IMG/VR virus record: IMGVR_UViG_3300040815_002027
From: a virus
Reading direction: 5' to 3' (one strand)
Length of the DNA stretch: 64,000 nt
Shown here piece by piece: positions 38,369-48,067 of this stretch. Numbering within the stretch: the stretch's first letter is position 1; each line of letters opens with the position of its first letter. A program made the position numbers and the translations under genes. The notes under the pieces are model-generated. The model worked only from the letters and a program-made list of their open reading frames with translations. It ran no database searches and was not told the DNA's origin.

Positions 38369-38716
38369 TTTCGTATATTAATTTTTTGTTAATTCTAATA
38401 GTTAGTATTGTTTTTTTAAATTTTTTTTTGTAACTTCGCAGAAAATTTGACTTGTATAAATTACTCAACTATAAATATAAAAACATAAAAATAGTTACAT
38501 AAAAACTTAAACTAAAAACTAAAACTTAACATAAAAACTAATAACTATAAAAAGTAAATATAATAAAAAATAAATAAAAAACTAAACTTTGGCAAAGTTA
38601 CAATTGCTAGGTAGGCGTACTCTATCTTTAATTTTTTTGAAATTTTATGCATATTTTTTTAATACTGAATTGTAAAATATTATTATCTTTATATTTATTT
38701 ATATAAAAAGAAAACT

Positions 38717-38902
38717 ATGAGTAGTGCAAAAGATACCTATAGAGGTAATGCTGAACATAAACTTAGTGAGATTAAAGATCAAGTAGCTATGATAAAGAGA
38801 CAGGTAGAGAGAGGATCTTTAACTGAAGTTCAACTAAAACAGAGACTTGACTCTCTACTTAAAGACTTAGATCAAACAACTTTTTTATTATCCTTGACTT
38901 AG
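38717..38902 (+). CDS. small coiled-coil protein
   Basis: ORF track. Confidence 0.7.
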   Translation: MSSAKDTYRGNAEHKLSEIKDQVAMIKRQVERGSLTEVQLKQRLDSLLKDLDQTTFLLSLT

Positions 38903-38906
38903 TATA

Positions 38907-39950
38907 ATGTTTAAGAAGAACTTAATTCTAGTATTAGTAGTAGTTTCTGCACTAACTATATCTGGTGCTGCTGCTTATTTTTCTGTTTACGGTTTATCTA
39001 AACTATTTGCTGGAGCTGGTATATCTGTAGTAATTATGGCTTCTGTATTAGAAGCTTCTAAACTAATAACTGCATTTGCACTTCATGATAGAAGGGATGA
39101 TTTACCTAAATTAGTAAGAGTTTATTTGTCGATTGCTGTAGCTGTTTTGATGATTATTACTTCTGCTGGTATATACGGATTTTTGTCTAATGCTTACCAA
39201 GTAACAGCAACTGCTAATACTATTGTAGAGAAAGAAGTAGGAATTATTAACGCTAGAGTAGATAATTTAAACACTAGATTATCTGATGCTCAATCTGAAA
39301 GAGAGAGTATTGTAAACGATATAAACCAATTAAGACAAGGTCTATCTTCTGGTACACAGATCTCGTACATAGATAAAGAGTCTGGGGAAAGGATAACTAC
39401 TACTTCTTCTGCTACTCGAAAATCTTTAGAGAATCAACTAGAAGATGCTGTAGCAAGACGAGATATTGTGTCTTCTAAAATAGAAGATCTTTCTACTCAA
39501 ATAGACTCTTTGAAGATAGGTATTTTAGAAAAACAATCTAATAATGAAGCTGCTGCTGAGTTAGGTCCTTTAATTTACCTTTCTAAAATTACTGGATTAG
39601 AAATGGATACTGTTATTAATTATTTTATTTTAATGATTATCTTTGTATTCGATCCATTAGCTATTACTTTAGTTATTTCTATAAGTTATCTGTCTAATTC
39701 ATCAAAAAATAAAGTTAAAAATTTTGCTATCGGTGTAGATAATAGTATATTAAACGAAGTTTTTAAGACAGATAAAAATTCTAAAGAAGAGGAGATAATA
39801 AATACATTTAACGATATACAAAAAACTAAACCCAAAACGTTAAAAAGAAAGCCAAGAGTAATTAATACTAAAAAAGATACTATAAAAACTGCACCAACTA
39901 AAAAAGTTGCGGAGAAGAACCAAACAACAGACGAAAAAAAAAAGAAGTAA
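38907..39950 (+). CDS. multi-TM coiled-coil membrane protein; possibly extended to 40189 by a -1 frameshift
   Basis: 3 N-terminal TMs, coiled coil, FVFDPLA TM; A10 run before the stop. Confidence 0.85.
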   Translation: MFKKNLILVLVVVSALTISGAAAYFSVYGLSKLFAGAGISVVIMASVLEASKLITAFALHDRRDDLPKLVRVYLSIAVAVLMIITSAGIYGFLSNAYQVTATANTIVEKEVGIINARVDNLNTRLSDAQSERESIVNDINQLRQGLSSGTQISYIDKESGERITTTSSATRKSLENQLEDAVARRDIVSSKIEDLSTQIDSLKIGILEKQSNNEAAAELGPLIYLSKITGLEMDTVINYFILMIIFVFDPLAITLVISISYLSNSSKNKVKNFAIGVDNSILNEVFKTDKNSKEEEIINTFNDIQKTKPKTLKRKPRVINTKKDTIKTAPTKKVAEKNQTTDEKKKK

Positions 39951-40212
39951 AAAATTATAAAGTAAGTTTAGTAAATAAGACAGTACCTAAGTTTGAGATA
40001 GTAGATAATGGCCACAAAGTTTTAAGAAAGCATAATGTAGAAGAAGTAATAATAGAGCCTTTATATGATGATAACTTCATAACAGATGAAACAATTAAGG
40101 ACAGTTATGCGTTATTAGCACCTAAAGACTTTGAGAGCATGACAGATGAAGATATAAAGAATTGGTATAGAAAAAATAAAAGTAAGTAATTTTTAACCAA
40201 ACATAAATAGTT

Positions 40213-40932
40213 ATGAATGAGCAACAAGTTTTAGACGTTAAGGAAAAGTTTAGGAAACTTATGGGATATGCAAAAGAGTATATTCCTGAAAGGTTCGAAC
40301 TAATCTATCAGATGCACACTGGTTTTGGAAGTAGAATTTTAACTGCTCCAGCTAGTTCTATTGATTATTATCATAATGCTTTTCCTGGTGGTTACATAGA
40401 CCATGTCTTAAGAGTGGTAGAGTTTTCTATGAATCTTTACAACTTTTATGTAGAAAATGGCATGTCTGTAAAAGGCTTTACCAAAGAAAACTTAGTTTTT
40501 GTTGCTATGCACCATGATTTGGGCAAGTTAGGTTTTCCAGGAGAAGGTAGGGAGAAGTACTTACCTAATGATTCTGAGTGGCATAGAAAAAATCTAGGTA
40601 AAGTGTATAAGCACAATGAGAACATTCCTTTTGCTTTAGTTCAAGATTTATCCTTGTATTTACTGCAAAAAAGTGGAATAAGCATGTGTTTTGAAGAGTT
40701 TTTAGCTATAAAAATACATGATGGTTTATATGATGATACAAATAAACCTTACTTTATAAGTAGGACTGAGAGTGCTGGATTAAGAAGCAATCTCCCTTAT
40801 ATAGTCCATACTGCCGATTTAATGGCTTCTAAGCACGAGTACTCTATGTGGAAAGACTCTAACAACCCAGAAACAGAGAAACAGGAAGAAGAGTCTGCTG
40901 TTGAGTTTTTTAAGAAAATATTCGAACAATGA
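40213..40932 (+). CDS. HD-domain phosphohydrolase (YhaM-like)
   Basis: APAS..YHNAFPGG..DH, HHDLGK, IHDG, HTAD. Confidence 0.85.
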   Translation: MNEQQVLDVKEKFRKLMGYAKEYIPERFELIYQMHTGFGSRILTAPASSIDYYHNAFPGGYIDHVLRVVEFSMNLYNFYVENGMSVKGFTKENLVFVAMHHDLGKLGFPGEGREKYLPNDSEWHRKNLGKVYKHNENIPFALVQDLSLYLLQKSGISMCFEEFLAIKIHDGLYDDTNKPYFISRTESAGLRSNLPYIVHTADLMASKHEYSMWKDSNNPETEKQEEESAVEFFKKIFEQ

Positions 40933-41255
40933 TCCTTTACGTACTTAGTTTAATATTGGTTATTCTTGTTTATGTTATATATGTGTCTCAAGTAAGACTC
41001 TATAAGTATAAAAACTTATTAAATGAGTCTTATCTTGAGTCTGAAAATCTATTGGATTTTATTTCTGAAATTAATAGAAGATTATATGAAGATTATAAAG
41101 CTTTGAAAGAAGTGGATAGGAGAGGCTCTTTCGAGTCAGATGACGAGGTAGGTTTTGTTTTTACAAATATTAAAAAAACAGTAGAGGATTCTTACATATT
41201 TGTTAACAAATACCTCAAGCAAGAATCTGATGCCGAAAAAGAAAAAGAAGAATAA
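40929..41255 (+). CDS. membrane-anchored phage protein
   Basis: N-terminal TM; GSFESDDEVGFVF. Confidence 0.75.
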   Translation: MILYVLSLILVILVYVIYVSQVRLYKYKNLLNESYLESENLLDFISEINRRLYEDYKALKEVDRRGSFESDDEVGFVFTNIKKTVEDSYIFVNKYLKQESDAEKEKEE

Positions 41256-41913
41256 TCAGTACTTTACTTTAGATGTAGATGATGCAATAGAAAAGTATAA
41301 CAGTTCTCAAAACGATTATGAAAAGAATAGAATCTATGTAACCAGGATTTATCCTGCATTTGATAAGTTATCAGAAAATTTAATAAACACTTACAAATGT
41401 CCTTACATAGATTCTTCTTTTGAAGACCTAAAACACGATTTAGTATCCTTTCTAACAGAGAAATTAGATAAATTCTCTAGAGGTTCTGGTAAAGCTTACT
41501 CTTATTATACTAGAACTGGAATCAATTACCTTATAGCTAGAAACAATAAAAATTACGCTCTTACCAAAAAAAGAGAAGAAGTAGATGTAGACTTAGCTGA
41601 TGAAGAAAGAGATTTAGTCAGTGAAGCCTATGAAGACTCTTTTAGAGAGTCTTTAGACTCTTTTATGTCTGAATGGATAGAGTATGTAGACAGCAAATTA
41701 GATATATTATTCGATAACCAAGAGGAGAAGGCTATTGCCGATTCTGTTTTGGAGTTATTTAGATTAAGGAAGACAATGGATCATTTTTCTAAGAAATCTT
41801 TATATCTATTAATAAGGGAGAGGACTCAATTAAAGACTCAAAAAATAACAACTGTAGTAAATATTTTAAAAGAAAACTTCTTTCATAGGTTTAATGATTA
41901 TCAAAACAGATAA
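41230..41913 (+). CDS. putative late-transcription sigma factor (T4 gp55-like)
   Basis: KLSENLI, EDLKHD, EKLDKF...GKAYSYYT...NYLI pattern resembling sigma region 2; ATG 41230. Confidence 0.55.
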   Translation: MPKKKKKNNQYFTLDVDDAIEKYNSSQNDYEKNRIYVTRIYPAFDKLSENLINTYKCPYIDSSFEDLKHDLVSFLTEKLDKFSRGSGKAYSYYTRTGINYLIARNNKNYALTKKREEVDVDLADEERDLVSEAYEDSFRESLDSFMSEWIEYVDSKLDILFDNQEEKAIADSVLELFRLRKTMDHFSKKSLYLLIRERTQLKTQKITTVVNILKENFFHRFNDYQNR

Positions 41914-41916
41914 AAT

Positions 41917-42294
41917 ATGGACGATCCTAAAGATGTAGATTTATTTGATGGTGTTACCTTTTCTGATTTAATGAAGGATATCTACTATAACAGTAAAATT
42001 AAACAGAAAAAAATAGAAGATCTTATAGATCAACTAACTCCTATGATGACTAACTTATCGGATGTAGTTCTTACTGCTCCTTTAATAAAAGATTATCTTG
42101 ATATAGGAGTTAAAAACGATGACCATTTATTAAAACTAGCTTCTGTAGTTCAAAGGTACTCAGCTAACGCTGCTAAATCTAACAATTCTGAACTAATGTT
42201 ATTAAGTGAGGATGAGAAGTTACAATTGATGGAATTGGCTGAACAAGAGGTCAAACAATTAAACACTTCAAATGATATTAGCGGAAGTAGTTGA
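41917..42294 (+). CDS. phage helical protein
   Basis: ORF track. Confidence 0.75.
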   Translation: MDDPKDVDLFDGVTFSDLMKDIYYNSKIKQKKIEDLIDQLTPMMTNLSDVVLTAPLIKDYLDIGVKNDDHLLKLASVVQRYSANAAKSNNSELMLLSEDEKLQLMELAEQEVKQLNTSNDISGSS

Positions 42295-44140
42295 AACAGC
42301 TAAATTATCTTATGGTGAAAATACCAGAGATGAAAACGATAAGATAGTACCTTTAGGAACAATAAGGGTAAAGATTATAAATAGAAGCTCTAATGTAAAT
42401 GTCACTTACGAGTACGCTAGACCTTTTACTTTAAATTTAGGCATGGTTCCTATGAATGGGGAGCATGTTATGATATTTGAAGGCCCTGCTGTTGATACAA
42501 AACAGAACGAATATATAACTCCTAAGTATTATTATTTACCTTTTCCTATAAACTCTACGGATGATGTAGTAATAAACCAATTACCAGACTTTTCTTACAA
42601 TACAACTAGTAAAAATGGGGTAAAACCCACAAAACGCCCCTTAAAATTAGGAGAAACTTTCCCACTTCCAGCAAGGCCAATATCTCCTTTACAGCCTTAT
42701 GAAGGAGACTTTTTAGTACAAAATAGGAGCGGATCGTCTTTAAGATTAGGTACAGGGACAAAAAACAACAAACAATACGGAAAAAAACCTGATTTTCATA
42801 AAGATACTAACCCTGGAGATCCTTTTTTTGCTATGACTTTAGAAAGGCCAGGAAGTCCTAAACCTAGACCTGCTGCTGAAGTTCCTAAATTACCTTCTGA
42901 ACAAAATAAACATAACTCAGACAAAAGAAAAAGTCAGAAATATAGGACAGAGACTATAGGAAATAACATAACTGGTATTTTTGGCGGGATAAGCCAACAG
43001 TATAAAAAGATAGTACTTGCTAGATCTAGATATTCTGAAACTAAAACTGTACCGAGTTATAAAAAACCTCAAATACTATTAGATACTGATAGGATAACTC
43101 TTAATGCTAAGAAAGATAGACTGTTTTTATTAGGTAAAAAAAGAGTTATTATAGAAGGTAGAAAGATACAATTAACGACAGACGAGCATAATGTAGATTT
43201 TGATGACTTAGTTAATAGAGTACAGGATTTAGCTAGAGAGCTACATAGACTTACCTCTGCTCAAGCTTTTTACTCTACAGTATTTGGACCTACAGGACCT
43301 GCTACTAACTTAGCAGAAGTACTTAGAATACATATTTTATGTCAAAGATGGCATTTAGTTCCTCCATCTTTATTCCCTAGTATACCCAGTTTCTCTTTAC
43401 CTAATTACGATTTTGGTATAAACTCGGTTACTCCTAATATAATACTCAAATTCTTAAGATTAGCCACATCAGCTTCAGAAGCGTTAGCTAGAGCTAATGC
43501 TATAAATTTTGCAAATTCAGAATTAGGAGTAGATATAAACCAAAATTACAATGCTTCTTTATTCTCAGGTGGAGTAGGATCAAATAATCCAGACGGAAGT
43601 AGCAGTTCTGGTAATCAAGGAAGCTCTAATAGTGGAGATGGTATGCCTAAAGGAGGAGGTTGCGGATCTTTATGTGGTCCAGACGGTCTACCTATAGAGC
43701 AATCTGGTTCTGGAATTACCCAAACAACTTCCAGTATAACTCCAATCGTACCAGAGTATCCAGTAGAAGAACCTGAAGTTATAGATCTTGAAATTACTGA
43801 AAGTTTAAGTATAGACAATAAGGATAAAGAATGTTCTGGAGTTGTATACGAGTTTACTGGCGATATGTTTGATGGCTTAACAGGAGTTACCAAACCTACT
43901 AAAAAAGATATAGTTCTTTTAATAGGGCAAAACCAAGAGTGTTCTGGATGGTATATTCTAGAGCCTGGAGAAGAAGAAGAGTATAATATACCTGAAAATG
44001 GACTAATAACTTTAGATACATTAGCAGATTCTGATTGTATATCTAGAGGATTATCTAATCAGGTGTGTAATAAAGATTCGTTTATTGTGAATACTAGTAT
44101 TAAAAAAACCGATAAACTGGTTAAAATAATTAAAAATTAA
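42272..44140 (+). CDS. putative baseplate hub/spike-related protein with low-complexity extension
   Basis: PYEGD..Q.R.G.S.R.G, ILLDTDRITLNAK; position upstream of gp25-like gene. Confidence 0.5.
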   Translation: MILAEVVETAKLSYGENTRDENDKIVPLGTIRVKIINRSSNVNVTYEYARPFTLNLGMVPMNGEHVMIFEGPAVDTKQNEYITPKYYYLPFPINSTDDVVINQLPDFSYNTTSKNGVKPTKRPLKLGETFPLPARPISPLQPYEGDFLVQNRSGSSLRLGTGTKNNKQYGKKPDFHKDTNPGDPFFAMTLERPGSPKPRPAAEVPKLPSEQNKHNSDKRKSQKYRTETIGNNITGIFGGISQQYKKIVLARSRYSETKTVPSYKKPQILLDTDRITLNAKKDRLFLLGKKRVIIEGRKIQLTTDEHNVDFDDLVNRVQDLARELHRLTSAQAFYSTVFGPTGPATNLAEVLRIHILCQRWHLVPPSLFPSIPSFSLPNYDFGINSVTPNIILKFLRLATSASEALARANAINFANSELGVDINQNYNASLFSGGVGSNNPDGSSSSGNQGSSNSGDGMPKGGGCGSLCGPDGLPIEQSGSGITQTTSSITPIVPEYPVEEPEVIDLEITESLSIDNKDKECSGVVYEFTGDMFDGLTGVTKPTKKDIVLLIGQNQECSGWYILEPGEEEEYNIPENGLITLDTLADSDCISRGLSNQVCNKDSFIVNTSIKKTDKLVKIIKN

Positions 44141-44167
44141 TCTATTTATATAAAAAAGTTTTACGTA

Positions 44168-44515
44168 ATGAAGCCTAATGCAGAATCTAAGATTAGAAAA
44201 ATTATTAGAGAAGAGCTTGATTTTTATTTTTCAAAATTAAGTAACAAATTAGACGAAATATCTAATAGTAAAGGAAGTACCTTATCAGAGTATAAGACTG
44301 AGATTTCTAAGGAAGAAGTATCTTCTCAGCGAAAAAAACTTAGAAGTAAATTTGGAACTTTAATGAGTAGTATTTCAGAAGGCATAGACTTAGAAAATGT
44401 GCCTAATGTTGGACTGACACCTGAAATGTTAGAAGGAAATAAAAAACTAGAGCATCTTCAAGATGTCTTTACCAAAGACTACAGTCAACTTATTAAAAAA
44501 ATGAATGAAAGATAA
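44168..44515 (+). CDS. hypothetical virion-region protein
   Basis: IRKIIREE start; FTKDYSQLIKKM end. Confidence 0.75.
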   Translation: MKPNAESKIRKIIREELDFYFSKLSNKLDEISNSKGSTLSEYKTEISKEEVSSQRKKLRSKFGTLMSSISEGIDLENVPNVGLTPEMLEGNKKLEHLQDVFTKDYSQLIKKMNER

Positions 44516-45042
44516 TGGCCATACCTACAGTATTTAAATCTTATGAAGTAGATAATTTTCCAGACAAAGCTGTTGGAATACTACTTCCTTTTAACGGTAA
44601 TGCAGATACTGTAGATGTAAAAAAAGGCAATAACTATTTCTATAAAAATAGAGGAGTAAAAGATGTTAAACCTTTTAAATTATCTTATTCTACAGAAGAG
44701 CAAGCAATAAGTAATCTTGTTAATTTACTTTTAACTAGAAAGGGTGAGAGGTTAATGCAGCCAAACTTTGGATCTATGATACCAGAGTTTTTATTTGAAC
44801 CTAATTCTAAAAAAGGAAGAGAGAGACTAAGATTGTCGGTAGAGGAAGATATAAACTTTTGGCTTCCTTATATAGTAATAAATAATATAAGCGTTTTAGC
44901 AGAGCAAGATAGAGCATTTCCTGATAGCTATGCAGAGCATAATGCTATTGTTAAAATAGAGTTTCAAGTTACTGAGCTAGGAGCAAATATGACAGTTACA
45001 GTATTTTTAGATGGAGCATCAATTAATTTTGAAGTAGCATAA
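44515..45042 (+). CDS. baseplate wedge protein, gp25-like
   Basis: NLLLTRKGERLMQPNFGS...LFEP...WLPYI. Confidence 0.9.
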   Translation: MAIPTVFKSYEVDNFPDKAVGILLPFNGNADTVDVKKGNNYFYKNRGVKDVKPFKLSYSTEEQAISNLVNLLLTRKGERLMQPNFGSMIPEFLFEPNSKKGRERLRLSVEEDINFWLPYIVINNISVLAEQDRAFPDSYAEHNAIVKIEFQVTELGANMTVTVFLDGASINFEVA

Positions 45043-45043
45043 T

Positions 45044-46933
45044 ATGAGTTCAAGACTATTAACAAATAATATAAGAAAGCAAGTAAAATATCTAAATAAA
45101 GATTTTGGAGGTTTTAGGACTGAACTTATAAACTTTACTAAAAATTATTTTCCAGAAACTTATAATGATTTTAATGAGTCATCTCCAGGGATGATGTTCA
45201 TGGAACTAGCTGCTGCGACTGGGGATATTTTGTCTTTCTATACTGATATACAATTAAGAGAATCCCTACTGATAACAGTTGAGGAAAATATAAATTTATA
45301 CAATATAGCTCATTCTTTAGGGTATAAGCCTAAGTTTATAACTCCTGCCTCTGTTGATTTAGATATGTTCCAGTTAGTTCCTTCCAGAAATTCTGGAGCA
45401 AGTACAATACCTGACTTTAGATATGCTCTACAAATAGAATCAAATGCAGTAGTTACAAATGGTAATGGATCTGAGTTTAGGACTATAGATAATGTAGATT
45501 TTTCTTATAGTTCATCTTTAGACACTACAGAAATTACAGTATACTCTCTAGATAGTTCGGGAGAGGTAGAATACTTCTTATTAAAGAAGAAAGTAAAAGC
45601 TGTATCTGGAAATATAAAGACAAGAACCTACGAATTTACAAACCCAAAGCCTTATGATAAGATAGTACTACCTGAAACAGATGTGTTAGAGATAGTAGAT
45701 ATATATGATTCTGATGGCGATAGATGGTACGAGACTCCATATTTAGCTCAAGACTTAATACCTATAACAGTCCCTAACCTACCTTACAATGATGCACATT
45801 TAGCTAAATATAGAACTACAGCACCATATCTCATTCAGTTTAAGCAGAGCGAAAGGAGGTTTGTATCTAGACTTAGAGAAGACAATTTAACTGAAATACA
45901 GTTTGGTTCTGGAGTTAGTGCTGAATATGATGAAGAGATTATACCTAATCCTTTTAATGTTGGATTTGGACTTGATTATTTTGAGAGGGTGGTAGACTTA
46001 AGTATAGACCCTAAGAACTTTTTATACACAAAAACATACGGCAAAGCACCTTCTGATACTACTTTAACTATAAGATATACTACTGGAGGTGGAGTTGGAG
46101 ATAATGTCTCAGCAAACTCTCTATCTCAGATATCTTCTATAAATGTCACAACTCCGCAATCTAATCTAGATTCTGTAACTTATAGTGCAGTAGTAAATAG
46201 TGTTGCTGTTAATAACCCTCACCCAGCAAGAGGAGGTATTTCTAGTAGAAATGTAGAGGATGTTAGAAGAGATGCGTTAGCTAATTTTGCCGCACAAAAT
46301 AGAGCTGTTACAAAAGAAGACTACATTGTAAGATGTTATAGCATGCCTGCAAAATATGGGGCTATAGCTAAAGTTTGCGTGGAGTTAGATGACCAAATAG
46401 TAGATGATAATATAGATAATAGGGATAGAAATTACTTTGGTATAAACTTATATGTATTAGGTTATGATGAGAATAAGAACTTTTCTGCAATAAATGATGC
46501 GGTGAGGTTCAATCTATTAAACTACTTAAAGCAGTACAGAATTATGACAGATTCTGTAAATATAAAAGATGCTCATATTATTAATATAGGAGTAGATTTT
46601 GAAATAATTGTAGATCAAACTTATAATAGTAATGAAGTTCTTTTAAAATGTATAGACTCTTTAAAAAATTACTTTAATAATGAGAAAATGGGTATAGGTA
46701 AACCTATATTTAAAAATACAGTTTTAAAAGAAATTTCTCTTGTAGAAGGGGTTTTGTCTGTTACTAGTTTAGAATTTTTTAATCTTTACGACACCTCTAA
46801 AGGATATTCTGGTAATGTATATGATATCGAAGCTGCGACTAAAAGAAATATTATATACACTTCCTTGGATCAATCTATATTTGAGATAAAGTATCCAAAT
46901 AAAGATATTAGAGGTAGAGTAGCAAACTATTAA
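45044..46933 (+). CDS. baseplate wedge subunit, T4 gp6 / baseplate J-like
   Basis: YLNKDF, YNDFNESSPGMM, IQFGSG, AQNRAVTKEDY. Confidence 0.9.
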   Translation: MSSRLLTNNIRKQVKYLNKDFGGFRTELINFTKNYFPETYNDFNESSPGMMFMELAAATGDILSFYTDIQLRESLLITVEENINLYNIAHSLGYKPKFITPASVDLDMFQLVPSRNSGASTIPDFRYALQIESNAVVTNGNGSEFRTIDNVDFSYSSSLDTTEITVYSLDSSGEVEYFLLKKKVKAVSGNIKTRTYEFTNPKPYDKIVLPETDVLEIVDIYDSDGDRWYETPYLAQDLIPITVPNLPYNDAHLAKYRTTAPYLIQFKQSERRFVSRLREDNLTEIQFGSGVSAEYDEEIIPNPFNVGFGLDYFERVVDLSIDPKNFLYTKTYGKAPSDTTLTIRYTTGGGVGDNVSANSLSQISSINVTTPQSNLDSVTYSAVVNSVAVNNPHPARGGISSRNVEDVRRDALANFAAQNRAVTKEDYIVRCYSMPAKYGAIAKVCVELDDQIVDDNIDNRDRNYFGINLYVLGYDENKNFSAINDAVRFNLLNYLKQYRIMTDSVNIKDAHIINIGVDFEIIVDQTYNSNEVLLKCIDSLKNYFNNEKMGIGKPIFKNTVLKEISLVEGVLSVTSLEFFNLYDTSKGYSGNVYDIEAATKRNIIYTSLDQSIFEIKYPNKDIRGRVANY

Positions 46934-46936
46934 TAG

Positions 46937-48067
46937 ATGAATTATTCATTTTATCCTGTATACGACACTACCATATACGAAAAGTCTTCCATAAGGAACG
47001 CTGGTATTGATCAGATACTTGAGTTAATAAAAAATGTACCTAATATACCTGACCCAGAAGATGGATATTATTGGGACGGTGTTTATAATTCTAGAATTTT
47101 AATAAAATTTGATACTAACGAAATAAATGGCCTTATTAACAAAGGCAAAATACCTTCAAATTCTAGATTCTACCTTAGTTTAAAAGGTACTAGAGCGGTT
47201 AATGTGCCTATAAGTTATAGTTTGGATGTATTTGCTGTATCACAGTCATGGGATAATGGGAGAGGACACTACAATGATTATCCAGAAATAACAACAGGAA
47301 CTTCTTGGAGATATAGAGATGGTTATTATTTAGGGGATGGTACTTTATGGGTGACAGGATCACTATCTTCAGGAACTACTGCTTCTTACTCTACTGTTGC
47401 TGGAGGAGGTACATGGTATACAGGGTCTGAGTTTTATGCTTCTCAAACATTTGACTATGCTTCTACCCCAGATATAAGAGTAGATGTGTCTAATATAGTC
47501 AGACAATGGTTGAGCGGCAGTATAGATAATAATGGTTTTATAGTAAAAAAACCAGATAATATAGAAGCAAGCGATGATTATACTGGCAATATAAGGTTCT
47601 TCAGTAAAGATACTCATACTATATACATACCTAAGTTAGAGGCTGTTTGGGATGATAGTGTGTTTGAGTCTACTTCTTCTTTATCTGAAATAGTAGATGA
47701 TTACTCTGTATACATAAGTAATATAAAAAAAGAGTATAGAACATCGAGTAAAGAGACTTTTAGAGTCGTAGCTAGAGATAGATATCCAAGTTTAGATTAT
47801 TCTAATTCTAGTAATTATCTTAACTTTAAAAGACTTCCAACATCATCTTATTATGCTATACAAGACAGTGTTACTGATGATTATATAATACCTTTTGATA
47901 CTGGATCTACTAGAATGAGTATTGATAGTGAAGGGAATTATTTTAAAATAGATATGCGAACTTTTTTGCCAGAAAGATACTATAAAATAGTATTAAAGGT
48001 AGTCACTGATGGTGGAGATTCTGAGGACATTATAGATGAAGGATTTTATTTTAAAGTTGTTAGATGA
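46937..48067 (+). CDS. structural protein with DNRLRE-like beta-sandwich domain
   Basis: DTTIYE, SRILIKFD, DVSNIVRQW..NNGF, FFSKDT..PKLE. Confidence 0.6.
   Translation: MNYSFYPVYDTTIYEKSSIRNAGIDQILELIKNVPNIPDPEDGYYWDGVYNSRILIKFDTNEINGLINKGKIPSNSRFYLSLKGTRAVNVPISYSLDVFAVSQSWDNGRGHYNDYPEITTGTSWRYRDGYYLGDGTLWVTGSLSSGTTASYSTVAGGGTWYTGSEFYASQTFDYASTPDIRVDVSNIVRQWLSGSIDNNGFIVKKPDNIEASDDYTGNIRFFSKDTHTIYIPKLEAVWDDSVFESTSSLSEIVDDYSVYISNIKKEYRTSSKETFRVVARDRYPSLDYSNSSNYLNFKRLPTSSYYAIQDSVTDDYIIPFDTGSTRMSIDSEGNYFKIDMRTFLPERYYKIVLKVVTDGGDSEDIIDEGFYFKVVR

Noticed and set aside
39901-39920. AAAAGTTGCGGAGAAGAA resembling the early promoter -33 block
   Set aside because: Inside a coding region with no TAnnTTTG box at the right distance; probably coincidental
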